Below are positions 1-12,235 of a DNA stretch of 64,000 bases, one piece after another. The stretch is taken from contig OZ024756.1 in assembly GCA_964016885.1 (NCBI GenBank), positions 22,444,001 to 22,508,000 of the forward strand. Direction: 5' to 3'. Every line of letters starts with the position of its first letter. The first letter of the stretch is position 1. The notes under the pieces were generated by a model. The model ran no database searches and was not told the origin of the DNA. It was given only the letters and a program-made list of their open reading frames with translations. The stretch is from Eledone cirrhosa. Taxonomy: Eukaryota. The translations under genes and the position numbers were made by a program.

Positions 1-84
1 TCTTCTCTCTGCTGTAGTGATGATTGAGGAAGAAGAAGACGGAATGAGTGGGAGTGACGTATGAAATTTCTTTTTGGTAGCCAT
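1..84 (-). CDS. Candidate first coding segment of an unidentified gene running off the window (MATKKKFHTSLPLIPSSSSSIITTAERR...)
   Basis: ATG at 84-82 in context AAAAAAACATGG, in-frame upstream TAA at about 133-135, open to the window edge; candidate acceptor tctttacag at 560-568. Too short to identify. Confidence 0.3.
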   Translation of the reverse strand, partial: MATKKKFHTSLPLIPSSSSSIITTAERR

Positions 85-840
85 GTTTTTTTGTTTAAAA
101 TGAAATTTTGGGAACAAAACCCCAATAACTAGTTATTTAACCCCGAAGGGCCAAATAACGGACAGAAAGACCCCTCTCACGAGGAGGAGGGTGTCTTTAT
201 CAACAATTTGGTTCAAGTTTTAAACAATTTACAATTGTTTTAACGGTTAAAAATTACTATACCTTACAGAGCCGAGCCTCCGTCAACCATGGCATTCAAT
301 AATAATAATAATAATAATAATAAATGTGAAGACTAAAATCCGAAGAGGGCTTGATCAGGATAATATATATATATATATAAACATATTAATGAAGTATATA
401 CATATATATATATAAATAAATAAATAAATGAAGTGCATATATAAATATATACACACACACATCATTAATATATTATTCGGTCACGCACATTAAAGAACAT
501 GTCTTTTAAATTAACACATACATAAGAAGCAGCAGACACAAATGCGCATTTTCCACAATCTGTAAAGACACTAACTGAAAATGTAGAAATTATTCTGACA
601 TTGGGGCACAATATTTTATATAGTTTGGCATTTCATTCATGGCTCGTTGGTTTCATATCAGCATGCATTAAAATATATGCTCAGATAGATTGAAATGCAT
701 GAAGAAATTCTGCTCATCTAACATCAAAATACTAAACATTTACTGAATTATACATTAATTACATGTATTAAATCATAGGCTTTACAATGAATGTTTATAA
801 ATGAAAACATTTAATTTTAAGCTTAACAATCAATAAATAT

Positions 841-1652
841 GTGGGTAACATGACCGAAAGAATACGATCAGAAATACAAGTGACCGAAATGGGGTTCCTC
901 TGAATGGTCTTTGGAGTAATGTTACTCCATAAAATGCGTAGCTCGCAGATCTGCGAGTCAATCCAGGTAGAGCCGCTAATTCTCTGAATTGAGAGATCAC
1001 AGCTCCGATACTACGAGCATGTGGTTAGAATGTTTAAGGAAAGAATGTGTAGCTTGGAGATTGGAGATTCACTCCAGGTAGAGCCGCTACTTCTGCTAAT
1101 TGAGAGATCACAGCTCCAATACTACGAGCAAGTGGTTAGAATGTCCTAGGAAATAATTGCTTCTACTTTTGGCACAAGGCCAGCAAATAACCCAGTGTAT
1201 TACTGGTACTTTATTTTATCGACCCAGTAAGGATGAAAGGCAAAGTTAACTTCAGCGGGATTTGAACTCAGAATGGCAAGGGTCGTAACTCTATGCGTCA
1301 AAGCATGGCGTCCGACCCTCCACCGATACTGCCAATAATGTGTAGCTTGGAGAGTCACTCCAGATAGAGCTGCTACTTCTGCAAATTGAGATATTACAGC
1401 TCTGATACTACGAACATGTGGTTAGAATGTCTCTGGAAAAAAATCGTTGGACAGCTTTTAAGGGCAAAACTAACCGGTTGGAGACCAAGGTAGAGACCCC
1501 GACCAAGATGATTTGATAACATCCATGGACTCGGCTGGTCTTGCTTGTGGATCCAGCCGAATCAACTGAATATGGTTGCTTGTGTCAGGACTTGCTGGAA
1601 TGACTTAAGAATCCTGTACCCCACACCCAAGAATAAGTGGGCGAAGATGAAT
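841..1652 (+). mobile_element. RTE-clade LINE 3' fragment (Expander/Rex3-like), decayed, with internal ~110-bp duplications and a SINE insertion
   Basis: Patched translation WV.TERIRSEIQVTEMGFL..MRSSQICESIQVEPLIL.IERSQLRYYEHVVRM..TGWRPR.RP matches the RTE C-terminal pattern; stops and frameshifts present. Confidence 0.8.
1155..1336 (-). mobile_element. tRNA-derived SINE, major family (short variant)
   Basis: A-box TGGCAGTATCGG, B-box GAGTTCAAATCC, body GCCTTTCATCCTTAC.GGGTCGATAAAATAAAGTACCAG on the reverse strand. Confidence 0.9.
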
Positions 1653-1864
1653 ATATGTTTAATACAGTGCAGCTGAGAATTTTCATACTCAACGTCTAAA
1701 AAGATATCAGACATAGGACTTAATAGAGTTAACTTAAGAAAAATACATATTAAGTAACAGACAAATAACTTGAAAGAAGATAAGAAACCCAAGACAAAGC
1801 CTTTACAGAATACTAAGAAAATGCTAAAGCAGAACTATGTAACAAAAGTATCATTACAAAAACA

Positions 1865-2220
1865 TGAGAAAGAGAGAGAGAGAGAGGGAGAGGGGGGAGA
1901 TGAGGAGAGAGAGAAATGGATGAGAGAGGGATACGGAGAGAAAGAGATGGGGGTGAGAGATGGGAGATACAGTTAGAGAGACAAAGTGGGAGAGATTGGG
2001 AGAGAGAGTGGGAGAGAGAGTGCGAGAGATTGGGAGAGAGACATAATGGGAGAAATTGGGAGAGAGTGAGTGAGAGAGATTGGGAGAGAGTGAGTGAGAG
2101 AGAGTGGGAAGGAGGGATTGGGAGAGAGACAGATTGGGAGGGCATGAGAGAGAGGCGAGGGAGGCAAAGGGCATGACAGAGAGGAGGAGGAGACAGAGAG
2201 GAGGTGGAGAGAGAGAGAAA
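1865..2220. repeat. Purine-rich (GA)n-derived low-complexity tract
   Basis: GAGAGA and GATTGGGAGAGA subunits. Confidence 0.9.
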
Positions 2221-2681
2221 TGTTTCTTAAAATGGATGTCATGAAGATGACAATAATCTAATCGCGCAAATATTTAATGAATGCTAATCTATAACAGACC
2301 TTCTTATGGACCAATGAACATGCTTTATTTGAATAATATTTGTTGACATAGTAACAGTCATATTAAGAACACAATCGTACGCATCATACATATGAAAAAC
2401 AGCTCTGAACATTAATATCATCCCGGTAAATATAATATTATTTTGTAGTTATAGAAGGAAAGGAGAACATTCTTAGATCAACTCATAGTTCGATGAATAC
2501 ACAGGAAAAGCAGAGAAGACACAATTGGTAAAAGAAAAATGAGATAACGACGTTTTATAGAGATATAACATAACAGATAAAGAAATCCCGGGAATCAAAG
2601 AACGCCTGAAAAAAAAAAGGAATCCTCATTAAATTGATAAGAACCCATCTTTCTCTCTCTCTCTCTGTGTTTATATGTGTG

Positions 2682-2719
<38 letters not shown>

Positions 2720-2820
2720 TAAAACAGAACGGGCTGTGACCCCCGGCGCCGAATGGCGCCCGACAAACTGGGTGATCAAGGTGATATATATATATTTATA
2801 TATATATATATATATATATA

Positions 2821-2980
2821 GGGGAAAAGAGTCAGGACTCCGACTGCTAAGCTCCGGCCGTTTTGACAGCTAGATCCGAGGAACTCAGGAGTCGGGGGTC
2901 TTGACTCTTTTCCTATTATCCACAGCATCGAGTACTATTGTGCGTTATGATCCACCTGATATCTTACCACATCATCTTTA
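2821..2980. mobile_element. (TA)n-flanked foldback fragment, family D (also 35395-35518, 43240-43436, 46763-46798)
   Basis: GAAAAGAGTCAGGACTCCGAC / GTCGGGGGTCTTGACTCTTTTCC inverted arms; shared tail CCTATTA.CCAC...GAGTACT...GGTGCG. Confidence 0.7.
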
Positions 2981-2999
2981 TATATATATATATATGTAA

Positions 3000-3145
3000 T
3001 ACAGATTAGTGTTTAAGTAAAGAATTTTTGCTTTCACCCAATACGGGATCCTCTGAAACAGTTTCAGAAGATCCCGTATAGGGTGAAAGCAGAAATTCTT
3101 TACTTAAACACTAATCTGTACTGATAATAAATATTTGCTCTACAT
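3000..3145. mobile_element. (TA)n-flanked palindromic element, family A (also 25752-25955, 49712-49835, fragment 16052-16080)
   Basis: ~58-bp inverted arms centred on CTGAAACAGTTTCAG; hammerhead-like CAGAAGA-TCCC..GGGT-GAAAGC. Confidence 0.7.
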
Positions 3146-3437
3146 ATTTATATATATATATAAAGACACACACACAATCTTTATTGAGCCCTCTTCTGAT
3201 TTCGGTCTTTGTATGTAGCGGTATCAACCTTAATGCCGCGGTTTCTGTGTATTAAGGTCGATACAGTCCTTTCCAGTGAATATTGGGACATAAACAGGTA
3301 GAGAAAGTTATGCCTTTAGGCCAATTACACAATTACACAACTATAGATGAAAGAGTGTGTCGACCGACAAAGATGAGGGAGAACGGTGCGTGAGGAGAAA
3401 AATATAGAAAGGAGAGAAATAGGAAAACAGAAGAATA

Positions 3438-3615
3438 TAATTGTTTCTACTTTTGGCACAAGACCAGCATATATCCAGTACATTACTGGTACTTTATTTT
3501 ATCGACCCCGTAAGGATTAAAGGCAAAGTTAACCTCGGCGGGATTTGAATTCAGAACGTAAAGGGACGTAACTATGCTGGTAAGCATGTCCGACCCTCTA
3601 CCAATACTGCGAATA
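3438..3615 (-). mobile_element. Major SINE copy
   Basis: Same A/B box and body as 1155-1336. Confidence 0.9.
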
Positions 3616-4887
3616 TAATATGGAATCTAGTCGAACGTGCAAACAAAGAAGATTGGCACTGGGGCGGATAAAGATCGGATGGTGGGATGTCTATTATGGA
3701 ATAGTTTTTAAAAAAAGGCCGCATGACTAAGTCTTTATACATCTCTCTCTAAATTTCCTGCTATCACCTTTAACACATAACTTATACCAGACTAGACTCC
3801 GAGTGAAAAGAGGACAAATAACCATCTTAATATGCATCGAATTGTACGCTGTACTTATGGACTAACAGAAAAACTGCTACAGAGTATACACAGATTTACT
3901 AGCGCAACTTATGAGAACACCGCGTCAAGATAGTTATAAAGTAAAACAATTAGTTCAGAATAATGCCATGTTATATAGAGAAACAGATAAGACAATGAAG
4001 TTTAACACAATTACGAATACTTATAAATGTATGAAATATGCAGAATACAATATAGATAAATACAATGCACGCAAATGAGAGAATACAATACAAATGCGAT
4101 ATGCATAACTGAAAGAAGACAATACAAATACAATATATACAATAGATACAACTAAAAGAAATTGCTGGAAAGGCACATTATAGACGCATTAGACTAATAC
4201 TTGTAACAAAGCTAAATGCGAGATACAGTTTAATAGGCATCAATAAACTATATATCCAGTAAAGATTTCTAGATATAAATCAATTATCAAGCGTAGACAG
4301 AGAAATGCGAAACAAAATTAATGTATTTAGAATGCATTCACTAAGGTGTGGAATACAAAGTATATTTGTATAGAGTGTATAGAGAGTTAGAAGTTGTAGG
4401 CTACTTAAAAACTATTATAAGTTGTCCACTGCAGAAATATTATTTATTATAAAAAATAATGGAAAACTATTAAAATTCGCTACAAAACCAAACCAGTTTT
4501 CTGTCTTCAAGTGAAATAACGAGTACAAAACTGTCTGAAGTAACTAAGTTATATACAAAAAGGAGACAAACAAGAGAAAATAATTTTTTAAAAACTAAGC
4601 TAAAAGAGGGGTGAAGATTTTTCAGGTAAAAACGATGGTAACAAGTTACCCACAACAAATACCTGACAATTCTGCATAGGGTCAAACTGAATAAAACCAA
4701 TATCAGCACTGATTGAGAAGCACCGGTTGAGAAGCACCGGTTGAGAAGCACTGAGAAGCACTAACAAGCACGCATAGCTAATATTGACTTATCTTTGTCT
4801 GCGCTAAACGTTCGAGGCTTTTCTACCAGAAACTAGCAAAAATGTATAGTAAGAGAATGGATTACGTGACCGCAGAATACGATCATC

Positions 4888-5080
4888 GGCTGAAAAATCC
4901 ATAGGCTGACGATGAAGAAGTGATGCTAGAGCTGTGAACTCTTGCATACATTAATTTCAATTTTTCTTATTAATAACTGCATTATTTCATCCCAAGCTCT
5001 ATGTTGAAAAATGAACCTCATTTGATTATTCCATTAGAGTATATTGTTCAGCATATGAACATTTCAGTCAACCCTCGTAT
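4888..5080. mobile_element. Mariner-type MITE (second copy 51455-51940)
   Basis: TIR GGCTGAAAAATCCATAGGCTGAC / TCAGCATATGAACATTTCAGTCAACCCTCGTA, mariner-like TACGAGGG end. Confidence 0.7.
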
Positions 5081-5334
5081 CCTGGGGTTACAAAGAAAGA
5101 ACTACATTTTCGCCAGCTTTTCAATCCAAACGAAGACAAAATACATACAAAGCAAAACATAGTTGCAGTTTTCATACACTGGGAATACCAAGACTATCAA
5201 ATAAGCAGGAAATGAAGCCACTTAAATGTATACGAGAGAATTACAACGAATTACAGAGCTAATACTACATACTGAGATATAGCAATCCACACAGACAATA
5301 AAATGAAGGCAGATCGACCAAGTATTATTATATA

Positions 5335-6050
5335 GGGCGGTGGATTGGCAGTATCGGTAGAGGCTCGGACGCCATGCTTTGCAGCATAGAATTACGGCCC
5401 TTTATGATCTGAGCTCAAATCCCGCCGAGATTAACTTTGACTTTCATCCTTACGGGGTCGATAAAATAAACTACCAGTCACGTACTGGAGTTGATTTAAT
5501 CGACTTTCCCCTCCCCAAAACTGCTGGCCTTGTGCTATATAAGAAACCATTATTATATAGGACCATCAATAAAGGAAGGGCTCCATCATCACCGTATCAG
5601 TCCCTATAGAAATATAGAAATAATGCCTCTCTACGACAGTTGAGGGCAAGCCAACATGAAATTATTCAAAGGTTTTCTGCCTACAGATTGAACGGGCAAT
5701 TTGAGATAACATCGTTAAATCTTTTTTGGTTGAATGAATAAAAATCGTCACAATCTAAAAATCTTCACTAATAATGGCCTCAAAAATATCTTCATCATTT
5801 AGCCATAAATTGTAACCAATATACTTTAGACCAATGAAGGCGGTTGTTTGGCAGTATCGGTGGAGCATCGGACAGAAGCATTATGACATAGAGTTACGGC
5901 TCTTTACGATCTGAGCTCAAATCCTGCCGAGATTAGCTTTGCTTGTCATCCTTACTGGATCGATAAAATAAAGAACCATTAATGCACTGGGGTCGATTTG
6001 ATAGACAATCCCCTTCCCCAGAATTGCAGGCCTTGTAAATAAATCAGAAA
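5335..6050 (+). mobile_element. Two major SINE copies (5335-5550, 5838-6050), long variant
   Basis: Head GGCGGTGGATTGGCAGTATCGG; extra GTCGATTTAATCGAC-like hairpin segment. Confidence 0.9.
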
Positions 6051-6294
6051 CTAATATACTTTAGACCAATTTGAAAAGAAATATCCTTCTGATGATCTGA
6101 AAATACGGGTGGGCCCTGTATTGAGAAAACGTAATTTGCTACAGAACCTAAATAACGACTGAGAAATGTCCAACATAACATTGAACGGAAATAAACAAGT
6201 ACTTGACTGGAGTTTAGATTCATCAACGCTTGGAAGAGAATAAAGTCAAACATTAATACTACTTATTTCAAAATACCACTAACGATTTTGAGGT

Positions 6295-6921
6295 GTAGGT
6301 GAGAAGATAGGATAGGACAAAGGATAATGGTGAGAACACCAGGATGGGAAATTCTCATCAGTACTCCACCAGCATGCCAAAATAGAACATACGGGCGCAT
6401 TAGAGAACATAGAGATAATTATATCCACACACAGAAAAGATGTAATGCTCAGACAAATCACAGAACCGACAAATATAAATGAACTCCAACTAAAATTAAA
6501 CAGAAAATATGAGTGCAATAGCAACATCACAACTAGAAATTAAGGACAAAATGAAGACATACAGACACACACAAAATCCAAACTAACAAAACAAATCAGA
6601 TACACGCAGGTAGAATAAACAACCAACTAGTGACAAGGAAATAAATACATAAATAAATAAAAACACACACGCGCACAAAAACACACGGATGTAACGCATG
6701 TGAAAACTAAGCACACAACACACAAAAATAACATGGTGTACGACAGAACAAAGGAGAGAGACAAAAGTCACTGAGGAGGTCATAGAATGTGTGATGAAAG
6801 AGCTTTGACCATATATAAATAACCCTCGGGTTATCGAACCAACCGGAAACAATAAATTGAAGTGAAAACCAACAGGTGCGTGTGTTTTTATTGGCAGCAT
6901 GATCCTCCAAAATTATAACAA
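6295..6921 (+). mobile_element. Penelope-like element 3' remnant: GIY-YIG endonuclease C-terminal half, hammerhead and terminus (family C)
   Basis: VGE.DRIGQRI..EHQDGKFSSVLHQHAKIEH...LRQITE..INELQLKLNRKYEC* (stop 6541-6543); hammerhead at 6767-6809; terminus TGATCCTCCAAAATTATAACAA matches TGACCCTCCCCAAGTATAACAA ends at 10914, 19355, 19451, 35528, 56093. Confidence 0.75.
6767..6809 (+). ncRNA. Type I hammerhead ribozyme (family C)
   Basis: GTCA CTGAGGA G GTCATA-GAATG-TGTGAT GAAA GAGC TT TGAC; stem I GTCA/TGAC. Confidence 0.7.
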
Positions 6922-7002
6922 TGCGTGTGCGTGTGTATGTGTATGTGTATGTGTGGTGTGGTGTGGTGTGGTGTGGTGTGGTGTGGTGTGTGTGTGTGTG
7001 TG

Positions 7003-7480
7003 AGGTCGCTCTTGAGTGCTTCTGGTAACATGTAACCCAATACCACGACCATGTCTCATGGTCGGGTCGTCGGCGACTAAATCGGCAACCCCACCAAGCT
7101 TTCTTGGTGAGGAGGGTGATATTTGGACATCATGATGGCTGAAATACAAGACCCAGCAAAGGCGGAGGAACTCAGTAGAATCAACAGCCATCCAAATAGT
7201 ACTTTTTTTCCACCTGGGACTGAAAGGCCCCCAGTTGGTGTCACAACACCTTTCTAGGAGAGGGAAGCTCTGAAAAAAAACAAAAAAAAACATGCGACTT
7301 CGGAAGCGTCCAATGATGTTGACAATTTCTTCTTTTTGGATAGTGCTTTCGATGGACAGAGTGTGGGATTGGTCGAGTGTGAGGCCTTTCCCCACTTAAA
7401 GAAACCTTCAAAGCACAGTCGTTGCTTCTTCATGATCTGTTACAAGCGATTGCAATACTCTTGCAGAGTCTGCAGCCATG
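7003..7480 (+). mobile_element. Interspersed repeat, possibly RTE 5'UTR-derived (also 9537-10125, 38036-38503)
   Basis: Three copies share GGTCGGGTCRTYGGYGACTAAA, CACCAAG-N4-CTWGGTGAGGAGGGTGA and CTAGGAGA...CTGA. Confidence 0.7.
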
Positions 7481-7611
7481 ATATATATATATATATATAC
7501 TTAGGTTAATAGGAGTTAGGTATTGTATACCCGTGTCCCATTAAGGTATTGGCAGCATAATAATTAGCTCTATGCTTTGGAGTCCATAACACCAATCAAA
7601 CCCCTTTTATA

Positions 7612-7656
7612 GCTCTGAAGAATCCTACGGTTACGTAAGGAAGAAACATTGTAAGC
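7612..7656 (+). ncRNA. Type I hammerhead ribozyme
   Basis: GCT CTGAAGA A TCCTACG-GTTA-CGTAAGGA A GAAA CATTG TA AGC; the island is bounded by (TA)n on both sides. Confidence 0.7.
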
Positions 7657-7698
7657 CAATAAAAATCTTTTGATGTTGTAGACGCTCTTGTGTTCTTT

Positions 7699-7753
<55 letters not shown>

Positions 7754-8214
7754 GTGCATGTGTTTTTTTGGTGTCTTCATTCGTTAGAATTTGCTGCGTC
7801 AGTGTTCGGTAATCTTGAATGTTCATCTTTCCATGCTGTGTTTACAGAATTTTTTTCTTTTTTATATTTAATTTATTCTTATTGTTTCTACGGCTATAGT
7901 TCTTTCATACATATGTATATATATATATATATATATATACATTTTCTCGTCGTCTTCTTTCATATCATTCATCCTATTACTATCTATAGAAATCTTTCAT
8001 TTTATTCAATTTTATTCAGATTCTTTTTCCGTCATATCTTTAACACGCCAAATGGTATTCACATCGTTCAATGCGAAGACTTATCACTCACACGTGTTGG
8101 TAATTCCATTTGGAGGACCATTAAACCAGATTTCAAAAAGTCAATTTCTTTGCCATAATGACATTATATAATTTTATTGTTGAATCAAGGTCACCCGAAG
8201 AATGTATATTCGTG

Positions 8215-8226
8215 TGCACGGAAGTG

Positions 8227-8264
<38 letters not shown>

Positions 8265-8559
8265 CACGCATGTGCGTGCGTACGTATATATATATATATT
8301 ATACACATGTATACAAACACACACACGTATATACAAACACACACACACACATATATACAAACACACACACACACACATATATATACAAACACACACACAC
8401 ATATATATATATACAAACACACACATATATATACAGACACACACACATATATACAAACACACACACACGTATATACACAAACCCACACATATATATATAC
8501 AAACACACATACATATATGTATATACAAACACACGCATATATATATATATACAAACACC

Positions 8560-8591
<32 letters not shown>

Positions 8592-9262
8592 CAAACACAC
8601 ACGTATATATATAAATATACAAACACACACACACGTATATATAAAACACACACACACACACACGTATATATAAAACACACACACACACACATATATACAC
8701 ACACACACACTGAACGGAGATGGAGAGATACAGCATTCGATTCACAGATAAGGGAATGATTTGATTGTGAGATGCAAAAGGCACATTACAGACACGTACA
8801 CACAGAAACAAACACACACAGACTCAGAAACATACACACACATACACGCACGCACACAGAAACATACACACATACAGAAACAAACACATACAGACACAGA
8901 AACATACACACACACGCACGCACACAGAAACATACACACACACAGAAACAAACACATACAGACACAGAAACATACACACACATACACGCACGCACACAAA
9001 CACACACACACACAGAAACATACACACACACAGAGAGAAACAAGCGCACACACACACACACACACAGAAACACACACACACACACGCACAGAAACATACA
9101 CACAGAAACACACACACGCACACACACAGAAACAAACACACACACAGGGAAACACACACGCACACAAACACACACACACACTCACGCACATACACGCACA
9201 GAAACAAACACGCACACACACAAACACGCGCACATACACACACGAACGCACGTATATACATA
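8215..9262. repeat. Compound (TA)/(CA) microsatellite field
   Basis: ACACACATATATAC and CACAGAAACA subunits. Confidence 0.95.
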
Positions 9263-9304
9263 TTTTGACCGACTAAGAATGTGTTATGAGTATGTGTAGC
9301 AAGA

Positions 9305-9483
9305 TGTAGTATCGGTAGAGGGTCGGACACCATGCGTTACAGCATAGAGTTACGGCCCTTTACGATCTGAGTTCAAATCCCGCCGAGGTTAGTTTGCCTT
9401 TCATCCTTACGGGGTCGATAAAATAAAGTACCAGTAATGTACTGGTGAATTTGCCGGCCTTGTGCCAATACTAGAAACAATAA
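9305..9483 (+). mobile_element. Major SINE copy
   Basis: B-box GAGTTCAAATCC and body. Confidence 0.9.
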
Positions 9484-10604
9484 TGTTTTCTTTATGTATG
9501 TGCGTATGTATGTGTGTATGTATGTGTGTATGTATGTGGTGCTACTGGTAACATGTATCCCAGTACAACCTGTCCCATGGTCGGGTCATTGGTGACTAAA
9601 CTGGCAACCCCACCAAGGTTTCTTGGTGAGGAGGGTGACTTTGGACATCCTGCAGGACTAAAAACAAAACCTGTCAAAGGGCAAAGGAGCTCTTAAGAGT
9701 CAATGGCCATCCAAAATCACCGGGAGAGATGACCCCTTAGCCTTTGTCAAGGCAGAATTCTAGGAGAAGGAAAACTCTGATATAACACCTGCAACCCTGA
9801 TGGTATCCAATGATGTTGACTTGTTCTTCTTTTTGGTAAATATCATCTTGGTTAAGAGAGTGGGACTGGCTTTGTGCAGTGCCTTTGCTCACTATAAAAG
9901 CTTCACGGCACAGGCATTGCTTTATATCTGGAGATCCCTGCACTTGTCGTCACATGGTACCATGGGCCCAGCACTATGTGTCAATAATTGTCACAAGTGT
10001 AGTGTTTGTACCAGAGTTTTCAACTGGCTGGACTAAAAAGTCACACTCGTTCATCGCATCGGTAGGGGTTCTCCTACATGGATATAAAGTAATGGCCGTA
10101 CACGAAAACGAGTTGGCAGCCACCATGTGCGTATGTATGTGTGTGACCGTGTGTGAGTATGTATATATGCGTGTGTGTGTGTGTGTCAGCGTGCGCGTGC
10201 AGGCCGTATGTGTGTGTGTATGTGATTGTGTTACCGTGTGTTAGTATGTACATGTGTGTGTATGTGTATGTGAGCGTGTGCGTGCGTGTGTAGTCCGTAT
10301 GTGTGTGAGTGTATGTAAGTACATGCACCCGTGTTTGTGTGCGAGTACATTTATATATGCGTGTGAGTGTTTATATATATGTGTGTGTGTATGTGAATAT
10401 GCACAGGTATCTGTGTGTGCGAGTATGTTTATATATATGTATATATATATATATATATATATGTAGATAAATCTACCAAGAGTTTACGGTAGTGTCCAAT
10501 CCGTATGAAGAACTCAATGTAATCCGGATATCATGGAAAGAAGAGATGCAATGAAAAATCACTTTCGGTGAAAGATAAACGGAATACAGAGTCAAGATAA
10601 ATTT

Positions 10605-10752
10605 TTTTTTTCTGAAGACGGCATATATATGAGTTGGTATGTATATTTAATTTTGATAGTTTGTATAATTTTGTATAATTTTGTACATAGATCTGTTAAA
10701 TATACATGCCAATTCTAACACATATATATCCCAGAAACGATCGTTAAATAAT
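10605..10752 (+). ncRNA. Type I hammerhead with very long stem II (family E)
   Basis: CTGAAGA at 10612 ... GAAACGATCGTT AAATAAT; near-copy of 12088-12235. Confidence 0.6.
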
Positions 10753-10808
10753 GAACTTTTTTCGTTTAATATAAGGAACTGTTTCATTGTTTTATTCATT
10801 ATTTTTTA

Positions 10809-10857
<49 letters not shown>

Positions 10858-11100
10858 CGTTTCTGAATTTGTTTAGCAAGATTCTTTATCTGAAAACGTG
10901 TGTTGAAACCGATATTGTTATACTTTGGGAGGGTCATGTTCCCAATAAGAAATACACTCACTTTCACTTCAATTTACTATAAATTAAATTTATAAATTTA
11001 TAAATTTCCGGTTGGTTGGTTGGTTCCACAACCAGACGATTGTTCATATATATATAAGTTATAACAATGAAATAAAAAAATCAAGTCAGAGATATACTTC

Positions 11101-11240
11101 ACTACTTTACGATCGTTTCTAGATGATGTTAATACATTGTAGCTATACTCCGTTATTGATCTATGTAAGGTTAGTTACAAAATATCAGATAAAGAGAATA
11201 TTTACTTACATGCATATCACCAGCTGTTTTCAAAAGCAAT
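11101..11240 (-). ncRNA. Degenerate long-stem II hammerhead
   Basis: ATTGCTT TTGAAAA ... GAAACGATCGTA AAGTAGT; stem I pairs, 5' core mutated. Confidence 0.4.
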
Positions 11241-11386
11241 AATGTTTTAACTTATATGATGACTCTGTTTTCCTTTAAATATTTTATTGTTTTCCGAGAT
11301 TTATCTTAACCTACAACATTTTCAACATATGGATTACATCGAATTCTTCATGCAGAATAGACCCCACAACTTACTGTGGATACCTC

Positions 11387-11459
<73 letters not shown>

Positions 11460-11588
11460 GAGATATTTAATTTGTTGGAAATCCAACAAATATAGATGTT
11501 AACAACTGATTCACAGCACTCAACAAGTTTCTGGAGTAAGTATTCAATGATATTAAATAAATGGAAACTATATTTATAAAACCATATT

Positions 11589-11650
11589 TATTCTATTATA
11601 TATATTTCAAGGGTACCAAAAATGTTGGTACGCTATCATCAGATAAAATA
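11589..11650 (-). ncRNA. Type I hammerhead (family B)
   Basis: TATTTTAT CTGATGA TAGCGTACCAA..TTGGTACCCTT GAAA TATATA TA ATAGAATA; 8-bp stem I. Confidence 0.75.
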
Positions 11651-11747
11651 CAAAGTTTGTTTTATAAATATTTGACATGACCAGGGATAACTTGAACTTT
11701 TAAGGTATATCATCCTTGGTCATGTCAAATATGTATAAAACATTTTG

Positions 11748-11811
11748 TATTTTGTCTGATGATAGCGTACCAAAATGTTTGGTACCCTTGAAATATATAT
11801 ATAATGGAATA
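11748..11811 (+). ncRNA. Type I hammerhead (family B, opposite arm of palindrome)
   Basis: TATTTTGT CTGATGA ... GAAA TATATATA TA ATGGAATA. Confidence 0.7.
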
Positions 11812-11853
11812 AATATGGTTTTATAAATATAGCTACCATTTATTTATTATTAT

Positions 11854-11910
<57 letters not shown>

Positions 11911-12087
11911 TAAACAAATAATGAATAAACAATGAAACAGTTCCTTATATTAAACAAAAAAAGTTCATTATTTAACGATCGTTTCTAGGATATATATGTG
12001 TTAGAATTGGCATGCATATTCAACAGATCTATGTACAAAATTATACAAAATTATACAAACTATCAAGATTAAATATACATACCACAG

Positions 12088-12235
12088 ATTATTTCTGAAG
12101 ACGGCGTATATATGTGTTGGTATGTATATTTAATCTTGATAGTTTGTATAATTTTGTATAATTTTGTACATAGATCTGTTGAATATGCATGCCAATTCTA
12201 ACACATATATATCCTAGAAACGATCGTTAAATAAT
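12088..12235 (+). ncRNA. Type I hammerhead with ~115-nt stem II (family E)
   Basis: Stem I ATTATTT/AAATAAT; CTGAAGA; GTATATATGTGTT pairs with AACACATATATAT; GAAA CGATCG TT. Confidence 0.7.

Noticed and set aside
6089-6105. CTGATGA...GAAA here, and CTGACGA at ~4907
   Set aside because: No stem II or stem I pairing; the 4907 match is part of a MITE TIR.
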